From Macrostomum hystrix (Eukaryota > Animalia > Platyhelminthes), in the NCBI GenBank assembly GCA_950097015.1, contig CATNEN010000037.1, positions 1,736,001 to 1,800,000 on the forward strand: a stretch of DNA of 64,000 bases, in the 5' to 3' direction. Below, in pieces: positions 47,396-60,400 of the stretch. The notes beneath the pieces were generated by a model. It did no database searches and was not told the origin of the DNA. It saw only the letters and a program-made list of their open reading frames with translations. The stretch's first letter is position 1, and each line of letters opens with the position of its first letter. The position numbers and the translations under genes were made by a program.

Positions 47396-47944
47396 ACTAT
47401 CGTACCACACAGAATATAAGGTACTTCGCGGAATGCAGTCTAGCCAAATCGTTAAAGAACTTACTCAGTTCGAAATCGTGTTTCTTAGAGACCATAACTT
47501 ATTGTTGCTGTTGATCTGTAAAATTTGAATTGGAGTGAATGCTATTTAAAATAGCAACTGAATTCTGAATACAAATTTAAGCAATGCAGGGGTTAAAACT
47601 GTTTTACATTGCGAGTTTTCGCAGAAATTAATCGCGCAAACTGCTGATTGGATGACAGGTTCTGAACCAATGAGCCAAGAGGAGACTAGTATTTTGCCTT
47701 AAGGAATTAGAGGTAGCGTTCATCAGATCCGTTATGGTATTTTTATTCAATATTATTGCTCGGTATCATTGTACCAGAAAAACAACCCGGCACTTTGCCA
47801 TCAGCAGCAGAAGCCTCTCAATCATGCACTTATCACCCGTGGCCCGAGGGCAAATCCTAAAGAAGATATGAGGCATGGGTCCACCGTCCTAATTATTTTG
47901 CCCCTTTTCTCATTCCATGTAGATCAACATTATCAAGCTTGCCT

Positions 47945-47991
47945 GCTATCTATCCATCTATCTATCTATCTATCTGTCTATCTATCTATCC

Positions 47992-48067
<76 letters not shown>

Positions 48068-48147
48068 GTCTATCTATCTATCCATCTATCTATCTATCTA
48101 TCTATCTATCCATCTATCTATCTATCTATCTGTCTATCTATCTATCC

Positions 48148-48195
<48 letters not shown>

Positions 48196-48196
48196 G

Positions 48197-48267
<71 letters not shown>

Positions 48268-48347
48268 GTCTATCTATCTATCCATCTATCTATCTATCTA
48301 TCTATCTATCCATCTATCTATCTATCTATCTGTCTATCTATCTATCC

Positions 48348-48395
<48 letters not shown>

Positions 48396-48396
48396 G

Positions 48397-48491
<95 letters not shown>

Positions 48492-48571
48492 GTCTATCTA
48501 TCTATCCATCTATCTATCTATCTATCTATCTATCCATCTATCTATCTATCTATCTGTCTATCTATCTATCC

Positions 48572-48619
<48 letters not shown>

Positions 48620-48620
48620 G

Positions 48621-48691
<71 letters not shown>

Positions 48692-48707
48692 GTCTATCTA
48701 TCTATCC

Positions 48708-48755
<48 letters not shown>

Positions 48756-48756
48756 G

Positions 48757-48849
<93 letters not shown>

Positions 48850-48875
48850 AGATAGATAGATAGATAGATAGATAG
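47945..48875. repeat. (CTAT)n tetranucleotide microsatellite ending in an inverted (GATA)n arm
   Basis: Directly visible. Confidence 0.97.
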
Positions 48876-49574
48876 TATCCTATTCTTACAATTGGAATCA
48901 TTAGCAATGCTAGAAAAAGCGAAATAGCTTGCTGAATGCATACGAAAATCTATGTTTATGTAAAAAAATGTATATATTAAGAATAATATGTTCTCATTGC
49001 TTTCACAGTCACAGCCTTGAGCTTATATACTCTTAGCTATTGAGTACAGGGGCCTGTCCCGTAAGAGGGCAAGAAAGCCTCATATGGACCCAAGCCAGTT
49101 GGTCAAGATTTCTCACTAAGACTTTGTTGCAGGTCCCACTAGCGGGCCCACTAGTAGATCAATAGTCGCATGCATTTTTAATGCGGCGGCGTTGTCGGCA
49201 AAGCGAGATGGTAGAGAGTAGAGAGTGGATCGACCAAGTAACTGAGCTTGCTAACTCTTATTTGCCGCCTCTCTGAGTTTAAAAGAATTAAATTTCAAGC
49301 CGTATTGCTACGGAATCGGCACGCGCACAACGGAGAAAGTGGTTCAGAGATCAAGGGCAAGGCTTAAACTGCTGGCTTTGGGCAGTTGTTATGGGCGCAG
49401 GTAACACAGCGATTTGTTTTACTACAGTTTAAGTGGCCAATATAATCTAATCCTCAAAATTCTTAGCCAGTTCTCTACTATGGTCCCCGATTCTCGATTC
49501 GAGTGGCCGACTCTTTATTGGATATACCGTTTCTTTTTTTGAGACGCCGATTCGTCCCTGATTGTTTTAGAGTC

Positions 49575-52545
49575 GCCAATTCTCTATTAGAGTCGCCGAT
49601 TCTCTATTAGAGCCGCTGATTATTTAATAGAGTCGCCGATTCCTATTAGAGTCGCCGATTCTCAATTAGAGTCGCCGATTCTCAATTCGATTTGCCGATT
49701 ATTTATTAGAGTCGCCGATTATTTATAAGACTCGCCGATTCTTTATTAGAGTCGCCGATTATTTATTAGAGTCGCCAATTATTTATTAGAGTCGCCGATT
49801 ATTTATTAGAGTCGCCAATTATTTATTAGAGTCGCCAATTATTTATTAGAGTCGTCGATTATTTATTAGAGTCGCCGATTATTTATTAGACTCGCCAATT
49901 TATTTATTAGAGTCGCCGATTATTTATTAGAGTCGTCGATTATTTATTAGAGTCGCCGATTATTTATTAGAGTCGCCGATTATTTATTTAAGTCGTCGAT
50001 TATTTATAAGAGTCGCCGATTATTTATTAGAGTCGCTGATTATTTATTAGAGTCGTCGATTATTTATTAGACTCGCCGATTATTTATTAGAGTCGCCAAT
50101 TATTTATTAGAGTCGCCAATTATTTATTAGACTCGCCGATTCTTTATTAGACTCGCTGGTTATTTATTAGAGTCGCCGATTATTTATTAGAGTCGCCGAT
50201 TATTTATTAGAGTCGCCGATTATTTATTAGAGTCGCCGATCATTTATTGGACTCGCCGATTATTTATAAGACTCGCCGATTATTTATAAGACTCGCCGAT
50301 TATTTATTAGAGTCGTCGATTATTTATTAGAGTCGCCGATTATTTATTAGAGTCGCCGATTCTCAATTAGAGTCGCCGATTCTCAATTCGATTTGCCGAT
50401 TATTTATTAGAGTCGCCGATTATTTATAAGAGTCGCCGATTATTTATTAGAGTCGCTGGTTATTTATTAGAGTCGCCGATTATTTATTAGAGTCGCCGAT
50501 TATTTATTAGAGTCGCCGATTCTCAATTAGAGTCGCCGATTCTCAATTCGATTTGCCGATTATTTATTAGAGTCGCCGATTATTTATAAGAGTCGCCGAT
50601 TATTTATTAGAGTCGCTGGTTATTTATTAGAGTCGCCGATTATTTATTAGAGTCGCCGATTATTTATTAGAGTCGCCGATTATTTATTAGAGTCGCCGAT
50701 TATTTATTGGACTCGCCGATTATTTATAAGACTCGCCGATTATTTATAAGACTCGCCGATTATTTATTAGAGTCGTCGATTATTTATTAGAGTCGCCGAT
50801 TATTTATTAGAGTCGCCGATTCTCAATTAGAGTCGCCGATTCTCAATTCGATTTGCCGATTATTTATTAGAGTCGCCGATTATTTATTAGAGTCGCCGAT
50901 TCTCAATTAGAGTCGTCGATTATTTATTAGACTCGCCGATTCTTTATTAGACTCGCCGATTATTTATTAGAGTCGCCGATTATTTATAAGAGTCGCCAAT
51001 TATTTATTAGAGTCGTCGATTATTTATTAGACTCGCCGATTATTTATTAGACTCGCCGATTATTTATTAGAGTCGCTGATTATTTATTAGAGTCGCCGAT
51101 TATTTATTTAAGTCGTCGATTATTTATTAGAGTCGCTGATTCTCTATTAGAGTCGCCGATTATTTATTAGAGTCGCCGATTATTTATTAGAGTCGCCGAT
51201 TATTTATTAGAGTCGCCGATTATTTATTAGACTCGCCGATTATTTATTAGAGTCGTCGATTATTTATTAGACTCGCCGATTATTTATTAGACTCGCCGAT
51301 TATTTATTAGACCCGCCAATTATTTATTAGACTCGCCAATTATTTATTAGACTCGCCGATTATTTATTAGAGTCGCCAATTATTTATTAGAGTCGCCGGT
51401 TATTTATTAGAGTCGTCGATTATTTATTAGAGTCGCCGATTATTTATTAGACTCGCCGATTATTTATAAGACTCGCCGATTATTTATTAGAGTCGCCAAT
51501 TATTTATTAGAGTCGCTAATTATTTATTAGAGTCGCCAATTATTTATTAGACTCGCCGATTCTTTATTAGAGTCGCCGATTATTTTTTAGAGTCGCCGAT
51601 TATTTATTGGAGTCGCCGATTATTTATTAGAGTCGCCAATTATTTATTAGACTCGCCGATTCTTTATTAGAGTCGCCGATTATTTATTAGAGTCGCCAAT
51701 TATTTATTAGAGTCGCCGATTATTTATTAGAGTCGCCAATTATTTATTAGAGTCGCCAATTATTTATTAGAGTCGTCGATTATTTATTAGAGTCGCCGAT
51801 TATTTATTAGACTCGCCAATTTATTTATTAGAGTCGCCGATTATTTATTAGAGTCGTCGATTATTTATTAGAGTCGCCGATTATTTATTAGAGTCGCCGA
51901 TTATTTATTAGAGTCGCCGATTATTTATTAGAGTCGCCGATTATTTATTAGAGTCGTCGATTATTTATTAGAGTCGCCGATTATTTATTAGACTCGCCAA
52001 TTTATTTATTAGAGTCGCCGATTATTTATTAGAGTCGTCGATTATTTATTAGAGTCGCCGATTATTTATTAGAGTCGCCGATTATTTATTAGAGTCGCCG
52101 ATTATTTATTAGAGTCGCCGATTATTTATTAGAGTCGCCGATTATTTATTAGAGTCGCCGATTATTTATTAGACTCGCCGATTATTTATTAGAGTCGATA
52201 ATTATTTATTAGAGTCGCCGATTCTCAATTTGAGTCGCCGATTCTCTATTAGAGTCGCCGATTCTCAATTTGAGTCGCCGATTCTCTATTAGAGTCGCCG
52301 ATTCTCAATTAGAGTCGCCGATTCTCTATTAGAGTCGATAATTATTTATTAGAGTCGCCGATTCTCAATTAGAGTCGCCGATTCTCTATTAGAGTCGATA
52401 ATTATTTATTAGAGTCGCCGATTCTCAATTAGAGTCGCCGATTCTCTATTAGAGTTGCGAATTATTTATTTGAGTCGCCGATTATTTATTTGAGTCGCCG
52501 ATTATTTATTTGAGTCGCCGATTATTTATTTGAGTCGCGACTCTC
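49575..52545 (+). repeat. 20-bp satellite (ATTATTTATTAGAGTCGCCG), ~145 copies
   Basis: Directly visible, with recurring variant blocks. Confidence 0.97.
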
Positions 52546-53197
52546 AATTATACTTTTTATGTGAGTCCTTATTCGATCGCTTTCGCTAAAATTGACTGCC
52601 ATCACTTTCAAGCACTAATATGCGCTACTGCCTACTTGTTAATCTCTAACTAAGTAGGGTAGTTGGCATGCAAGCAAATAACAAATACTGATGAGGACAT
52701 TATTAATGCATCAGAGGCGGACTAGAACCTGCCCCTCCCGGGATTGGGAATTTCGTTCGGAGATTTGAAATTTCTCCTAGCGAGCCTGCCCTAATAGGAG
52801 AAAGAAAGATGGAGATGAGCTTCTATTATTCCTAGCAGGAGCCGTGAGGCTGTATGAGGGTGGCCAACATTTCAAATCCCCCAAAGCTGTTAATGAGATT
52901 TTCTTGACGCAGACAAGTGGCCATGGGATCTGTTGGGCCATCATCATCTTGCCCCATCTGAGTCGCCTCAGCTCATCGCCTCCGGGATGCGGCGTAATCG
53001 AAGAGGCCTCCTCGTGTCTCCAGGGAGAGGCTTAGCTGTTTCCAGGCTGAATATCAAACAAGTGCAAGTTGGATAGAAGTGGGGACAGGTTTAAAAATTA
53101 TAGTGGCTGGAATCACAAAGTACTCAGCATTCTAACCGAACCTCATCAGGAGCTCTCGATTCTACAACAAGGTCGTCAATGGTTTTAGATTTGACTG

Positions 53198-54143
53198 TTA
53201 GAGTCGCCGATTCTCTATTAGAGTCGCCGATTCTTTTATTTGAGTCGTCGATTTTCAATTAGAGCCGTCGACTCTTTATTAGAGTCGCCGGTTCTCTAAT
53301 AGAGTCACCGGTTCTCTAATAGAGTCGCCGATTCTCTAATAGAGTCGCCGATTCTCTATTAGTAGAGTCGCCGGTTCTCTAATAGAGTCGCCGGTTCTCT
53401 AATAGAGTCGCCGATTCTCTAATAGAGTCGCCGATTCTCTATTAGTAGAGTCGCCGGTTCTCTATTCGTAGAGTCTGGGATTATCTATTAGAGTCCGGGA
53501 TTCTCTATTAGAGTCCGGGATTCTCTATTAGAGTCTGGGATTATCTATTAGAGTCCGGGATTCTCTATTAGAGTCTGGGATTATCTATTAGAGTCTGGGA
53601 TTATCTACTAGAGTCTGGGATTATCTATTAGAGTCCGGGATTATCTACTAGAGTCCGGGATTCTCTATTAGAGTCCGGGATTCTCTATTAGAGTCCGGGA
53701 TTCTCTATTAGAGTCTGGGATTATCTACTAGAGTCTGGGATTATCTACTAGAGTCCGGGATTCTATATTAGAGTCCGGGATAATCTATTAGAGTCCGGGA
53801 TTCTCTATTAGAGTCTGGGATTATCTACTAGAGTCTGGGATTATCTACTAGAGTCTGGGATTATCTATTAGAGTCCGGGATTATCTACTAGAGTCCGGGA
53901 TTCTCTATTAGAGTCCGGGATTCTCTATTAGAGTCCGGGATTCTCTATTAGAGTCTGGGATTATCTACTAGAGTCTGGGATTATCTACTAGAGTCCGGGA
54001 TTCTATATTAGAGTCCGGGATAATCTATTAGAGTCCGGGATTCTCTATTAGAGTCTGGGATTATCTACTAGAGTCTGGGATTATCTACTAGAGTCCGGGA
54101 TTCTATATTAGAGTCCGGGATAATCTATTAGAGTCTGGGATTC
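53198..54143 (+). repeat. Related 20-bp arrays: (ATTCTCTATTAGAGTCGCCG)n at 53198-53465, then (TTCTCTATTAGAGTCCGGGA)n at 53470-54143
   Basis: Both share TATTAGAGTC with the 49.6 kb satellite. Confidence 0.93.
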
Positions 54144-55020
54144 TCAATGTGAGAATTCGCAGTTTTACAGAGTAAAAATTTCTAGATTCTGTCAACCAAT
54201 CGTCAAAACATGTAGACGAAAGCATCGTCAGACGACACCTGATTGGCTGAGAGGGTCACCATCGGGAGGCAATGGGCAATAGTTGTAAAAGAATTGACTC
54301 CCCAGAATTGAGAGCTGTTGCAGGTACACTCTCACGCAGAAAAGGTCCTGAGAATCGGAAAAGGTAAGGATACCGTTGGTATTCTTTGTAGATTTCTGTT
54401 GCCAATCATGTCGCTCATTGGGTTTCAAGGAAGTGCGAGATTAAGCAGATAATTGACAAGACTTAAGGGATCTTTTAAAAAGAATTAAAAGTACACGGTG
54501 ATAGAATGGGAAAACGAGTATAAAAATTTTCAAGCAACAACGATGTGCCAATCAAAGTTAATCACCAATATTTTCTTTCACTAGGCTGCTGCCTGTAACT
54601 CTCTGTAACGGGATTTTTCTAAATTCATTCGGCGCATCCAAAGGCTATGTACAGCTGTTCAGTCCATGGACTGGGGTGCCTTCAGTCCATAACTCAGAAT
54701 GTTGTCTAAAATCTAATATAGATCTGAAATGGAATTTCTGCGTCACTAAATTTAACCAGAATTCCGAAAGAGCCGGAAAGCAGAAACCCATTGCGTGAAT
54801 GTTAGGCCCATGATATTGCGATTGGGGACTTCCGATTTCTGGAATGCAACTCCACAACTGCAATTTTAGGGCCCACATCTGGCCAGATCCGGTCGGGCAG
54901 AAAAGCTTGGCGCACAGAAAAACAGCCTAAAACAAGACTCGACTTGGGCAGATAAAATAGTTTTCCTATCGGTTTTTCACTGAAAATCATCACTCCATAA
55001 CAGAATCAGAGCTCACAGCA

Positions 55021-56097
55021 ATGCCCTCCTCGGTTTCGATCCCGGACCCGCAGATGCGCTGGGCCCAGCTGTTCAGCAAGCGGCCTGTCGCCTCTACTAA
55101 CAGCAAGCCGAAGCCGACGCTAACCGCCGAGTCAGCCCAGCCTCGCAAGGTCGCCTTCAGCCTCGGCCACCTCCTAACGCGACGTCGCAGTCATCGAGTC
55201 TCGGCCGCAACTGACGTTGTCATCGCTGTCTCCAGCGGCAGCTCCGACGAAGGCCTGCCAGCTTCGTCTTCCTCGCTGGAGGAGTCATCGGTGACAGCGT
55301 ACTGTCCGCACTGTCGCGGTGTTGTACAGCCGTTGTTTCAACCGAAGCCGCTGCAGGAGCCGCAACCGCCGCCACCGCTGCCGCCACCTAAAAAGGTTCG
55401 TCGTCTGCGCAGGCGCCGCTGGGAGCCGCAGGAGGCCGTCGGGCTCGTCGACGAGGATCTATCGACTGCCGAGGATTGCGAGGACGACGATGGTGAAGAA
55501 AAGCGTTGTCAACTTTTGGGACGTCGACAAAGACGACGCCCGATTGCGGTGGCAACTCGAAGCTTCTCGAAAATCAGCGCCGGGGTGAGCAGTGACGATT
55601 GGAGCGCAAGCTCCGGGCTGGACACCGACGACAACGACAATGGATCTCTGCGGCTCGTCTCGTCTACGACGTCGTCTTCAGGTGACTGGCGCGGATCGAG
55701 GCAGCCAACCGCATCCACGGCCTCCAGCAGTCTCCGTCTGACCGAGCTGGCCGGCTCCACGGCTGCGTCTACTTCGTCATTTTTCGAGGACGACGCCACT
55801 GAAGCTTCCGCTGGAATAAGTCGTATCGAGCAGTCGCTGGCCGAGCGAATTCGTCAACTGACGGAGATTCAGACGAAGTCAACGATGCCGAAGGTAACGC
55901 CGATAGCTAATGTCGACAACGAAGAGCTGGCGCTCTGTCGCAAGGCGATGATGCTAGCCGCTCTGGCAGCCGTCCGTCAGCAGCTTGACGATCAGATGGC
56001 GCGGCTGGAGCACAGCTACCACCGGGTGGTCGACGTGCAGATGCAGCACCGCAGGCGGCTTGCAAACGAATGCCGAGGCGGGCGGCCGGGTTTTTGA
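55021..56097 (+). CDS. Intronless Ser/Asp/Pro-rich hypothetical protein with predicted C-terminal coiled coil, 358 aa
   Basis: GC-rich ATG-initiated ORF in an AT-rich context, not repeat-derived. Contains KVAF (RVxF-like), CPHC and a helical C-terminus. Confidence 0.8.
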   Translation: MPSSVSIPDPQMRWAQLFSKRPVASTNSKPKPTLTAESAQPRKVAFSLGHLLTRRRSHRVSAATDVVIAVSSGSSDEGLPASSSSLEESSVTAYCPHCRGVVQPLFQPKPLQEPQPPPPLPPPKKVRRLRRRRWEPQEAVGLVDEDLSTAEDCEDDDGEEKRCQLLGRRQRRRPIAVATRSFSKISAGVSSDDWSASSGLDTDDNDNGSLRLVSSTTSSSGDWRGSRQPTASTASSSLRLTELAGSTAASTSSFFEDDATEASAGISRIEQSLAERIRQLTEIQTKSTMPKVTPIANVDNEELALCRKAMMLAALAAVRQQLDDQMARLEHSYHRVVDVQMQHRRRLANECRGGRPGF

Positions 56098-57416
56098 GAT
56101 TCCACTTGAAAGAACTCGACGATTGATCTCTAATTAGCTTGGCTTTCAGAGAAGACAAGAAATTATTGACATCGAAAAAAATTGATCGATTTTTTCAACC
56201 TTCGTTTCGTGATATTAAATGTAACCCGCTGTGTCGTTATCCTCTCTACTTAGCATAGGAAAATGTAATCAATTGTAAGAATGCTAAGCATAACTTGGCT
56301 TTCTGTCCAATTCAAAAGTAGCTCGTAAGGATTTTTGTGTGAATGCCTCAATTCAATATTGCCTATTTATCCAGAGTTTCATAGGCCATCAATACTATCC
56401 ATTTGTTGTGCAATAAGTTCACTGCACTATTTTTTTCGTTCGTAGTCTTCTTAGAAACTTAAATAACTTTTTTGTCCATTGACTTCATATTCACAAAGAC
56501 TCATTTTGATGTTTTTGACCAAGGGCTACTTTGCGAAGAGGGCGAGAGACTGCAAATTTGAAAATGGCTCTCGAAGTTTAATTGGCTGGGTTAGAGAGCT
56601 CACGTGATGAATTTGTTCACTTAAGCAAATCACGTGACCGACAGCCAATCAGCCAAGTTGGAGTAAAAAAACAACCTCTTGCCAGAGTCCTTGTTTCGAA
56701 CTTTTTAGTTCATTTCGCGAGTCTTTGTTTTTGACTAAATTTTTCTAGTTATATGCATCGTTTCATAAAAACTCGTTTTCAACTTTCTTATAATAAAGTC
56801 TTATAAAGTTATTTCTTCACCTAATTTGCACGAATCTTATACCCAATTAAGAGATAGTTATTAAAGACAAATTATAGATCATCAATATTAATCATGACAT
56901 TCTTAAGACATTCTTAAATAAACTACGTTGATCCTAAAAGATGACTGTTTAAATCACGGAAATAAATTTTCTTAACCAGTTAAACGCGATGAAAAATCAA
57001 CAATGGCGCATAGGGATTCGATTATTTTTATTTTAAGATAATATTACTCGTGTTCGAAGACAATTCTCCATATCAAAACTGAAAACTGTAAGAAAAATAT
57101 TGGAACAGAACTCTTCTACTGTCCTGTAGATGTTAGATTATTGTTGGAACATTGAGCAAAAACTGACATCTGAGAGCAGGTCGATTTTTTTATAAAACCA
57201 GCAAAAGCCTGGCAGATAATAGAAAAAATAATATGTACTATTTATGTACTATTGTTAAGACTGCCTTCCAATGTACTTGCTTAGACAGGCAGAGCAAAAA
57301 CAAGATTAGACAATGAAAAACAAAACCTTCGTTTACTACTGATAAAAGTAGCAAAAAGGCGACTGTGAGTAGAGCAGCAATAAGCAAAACATGATTAAAA
57401 TTAAAATTTATTTTGT

Positions 57417-60400
57417 TTAAACCACCGTCCCGCTGGCGGAGGAATGGCCCAGAATGGCAAGGTCGTCACGCCCGGTCTGAGCAGCCGTTGTTGGCGTCAC
57501 AGATGCCATTGGCGTCACAGTCTCCGACACCGCGATCGCCAGGCTGCGGTGAACCTGACGGCGAAGAACAATGGGCGCGCTTTGGAGGATTTAGTTACGT
57601 TACTGTGTGTGGCACTCTGTGTGTAGCACTCTGTGTGTAGCACTCTGTGTGTAGCACTCTGTGTGTAGCACTCTGTGTGTAGCACTCTGTGTGTAGCACT
57701 CTGTGTGTAGCACTCTGTGTGTAGCACTCTGTGTGTAGCACTCTGTGTGTAGCACTCTGTGTGTAGCACTCTGTGTGTAGCACTCTGTGTGTAGCACTCT
57801 GTGTGTAGCACTCTGTGTGTAGCACTCTGTGTGTAGAACTCTGTCTTCATCTAACAGTCTGTAGGAGTCGGTCTGACTCTCTGTGTCTGACTTTCTGTGT
57901 CTGAATTTTTTTTCGTGACAAAGTTTCTGTAATTCTTGTGTGACATTCCTTGTCTGACATTCCCTTCTGACATTCCCTTCTGACATTCCCTTCTGACATT
58001 CCCTTCTGACATTCCCTTCTGACATTCTCTTCTGACATTCCTTTCTGGCATTCCCTTCTGGCATTCCCTTCTTGCATTCCCTTCTGACATTCCCTTCTGA
58101 CATTCCCTTCCGACATTCCCTTCTGAAATTCCCTTCTGACATTCCCTTCCGACATTCCCTTCTGACATTCCCTTCTGACATTCTCTTCTGACATTCCTTT
58201 CTGACATTACTTTCTGGCATTCCCTTCTGGCATTCCCTTCTTGCATTCCCTTCTGACATTCCCTTCTTGCATTCCCTTCTGACATTCCCTTCTGACATTC
58301 CCTTCTGACATTCCCTTCTGACATTCCCTTCTGACATTCCCTTCTGACACTCCCTACCAAGAAGACGAGCTCAAAGCCTCACCAGTCCCACGGCCGCAGA
58401 GAGCAGCAGAACAATGCCGCACACGCAGTACACAAGCTCGAAACCCAGCCAGCCCAGAAGCAGTCCTGCGTACTGGCTGCCGCAGAACATGCCAAGATTG
58501 AAAGCGCCGGTGTAGAGACCGTTTACAGCGCCGTACTCAGCTGAGAATAGACGATCGGCCAGGTAGTTCAGCGAAGGAAAGCAGGTGCAGGTGAATAGGG
58601 CTAAGGCGATGCGCAGTACCTGAGGATGAGCCCATTCCTATCTATTTTTTATGGTGTCACACAACAGTTAGATGGTGTGATTAGACTAGAATGGGGTGCT
58701 CAGATTATAATATGAAGTGCCCAGATTAGAAAAGGGAGTGCTCAGGTTTAAATATAGAGTGCTCAGATCAGAATATAGAGTGCTCAGATCAGAATATAGA
58801 GTGCTCATATTAGAAAAGGACTGCTCAGATTAAAAAAGGCAGTGCTCAGAATAGAATATGTAGTGCTCAGATTAGAATATTGAGTACTCAAATTAGAACA
58901 TTGAGTTCTTATATTTGAATTGACTTCAGATAAGAATTGTGTACTCATATTAGAAAATGGAGTGCTCCTCATGGGATTAAGTAGTCAGATTCGAAAAAAA
59001 TAGTACTCAGGATAGAAAATCAAGTTCTCAGATAAGAAAATGGACTGCTCAGATAAGAACGGAGTGCTCAGATAAGAACGGAGTGCTCAGATAAGAAAAT
59101 GGACTGCCTTGATAAAAACGGAGTGCTCAGATAAGAACAGAGTGCTCAGATAAGAAAATGGACTGCTCAGATAAGAACAGATTGGTCAGATAAGAAAATG
59201 GACTGCTCAGATAAGAACGGAGTGCTCAGATAAGAACGGAGTGCTCAGATAAGAAAATGGACTGCCTGGATAAAAACGGAGTGCTCAGATAAGAACAGAG
59301 TGCTCAGATAAGAAAATGGACTGCTCAGATAAGAACAGATTGGTCAGATAAGAAAATGAACTGCTCAGATAAGAACGGAGTGCTCAGATAAGAACGGAGT
59401 GCTCAGATAAGAAAATGGACTGCCTGGATAAAAACGGAGTGCTCAGATAAGAACAGAGTGCTCAGATAAGAAAATGGACTGCTCAGATAAGAACAGATTG
59501 GTCAGATAAGAAAATGAACTGCTCAGATAAGAACGGAGTGCTCGTCTGGCATTCGTTGTTTGAGCAGGGGACCAGAATCTCATGGAAAGTGCACAGTGAC
59601 GCACCGACTCGGGCAGAGCGGCGAACCAGATGGAGCGGGCGGCGCCCACAACGGGGTAAAGCAGCATGCCGACACCGAACACCACTAGGCTGGGAAACAG
59701 AACTCGAAATCGCGCCAGCGGCTGAGCAGCTAGCCAGCCGGAGCAGGCGTACTGCACGCAGAACTGCAGGCCGGTGGCTGCAAGGGCCACCACGGCCATC
59801 TGCCACAGAGAGCCGCCCAGATTGTCCTGCATGAAGCTTGGCGCGGTGGTGAAGACGGCTCCGAGGCCGAAGTGGATGAGGAAGTCTGCCAGAAGGATGG
59901 TGCCCATGTAGCGGTTGGTGGCCAGGCGCCACAAGGTGCGAGCACCCACCGGGGCGGCTCTGAAAGGTGCGGCAAGAATTATTCGGTCCCTCAGCACATA
60001 CGCGAGCAGTGGGAGCGCAAGATTGTTTAAATTAACGATAATCTTGTTATCTGTTATATGTTATGTTATCTTGATATGTTATCTTGTTATATGTCCAGCC
60101 GACAGCACAGCTGCAGCCATTGCGTGGCGCATCTGAAGGCTGCGTACGGCTGTTCAGTCCATGGACTGGGGAGACGCCACACCCGGCCTCAATTACCCCA
60201 GCTCATGCTGGTACCCATTTAACAGCTGGGTGAACTGAAGCAATGCAGATTAAGTGTCTTGCTAAAGGACACAAACTGTTCCAGTGGAGTCAGGAATCGA
60301 ACCCCCGACCTTCAAGTCGTTAGTCCGACGCTCTAACCGCTTGGCTACAAACTCCTTTGTAGCTGGGTTAGATTACTATATTTTGATTTAACCGAAGAAA

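Noticed and set aside
44012-47514. 1,100-aa ORFs (TQCPI / HTVSH repeats) and an acceptor-like TTTTCCCTCAG at the array edge
   Set aside because: The 15-bp unit is stop-free in several frames, and recurrent 16-bp variants shift the frame repeatedly, which is incompatible with one conserved protein.
47769-48859. LSIY-repeat ORFs
   Set aside because: Translation of the (CTAT)n microsatellite.
57515-58360. ORFs HTECYTQSATHRVL / MSEGNVRRECQKG
   Set aside because: Three-unit translations of 14- and 13-bp intronic arrays inside the SLC18 gene.
60280-60350. tRNA-like sequences here and at 36650-36715, 61205-61270, 38440-38510 and 43160-43225
   Set aside because: They lack a complete acceptor stem and continue into shared SINE bodies, so they are SINE heads rather than tRNA genes.
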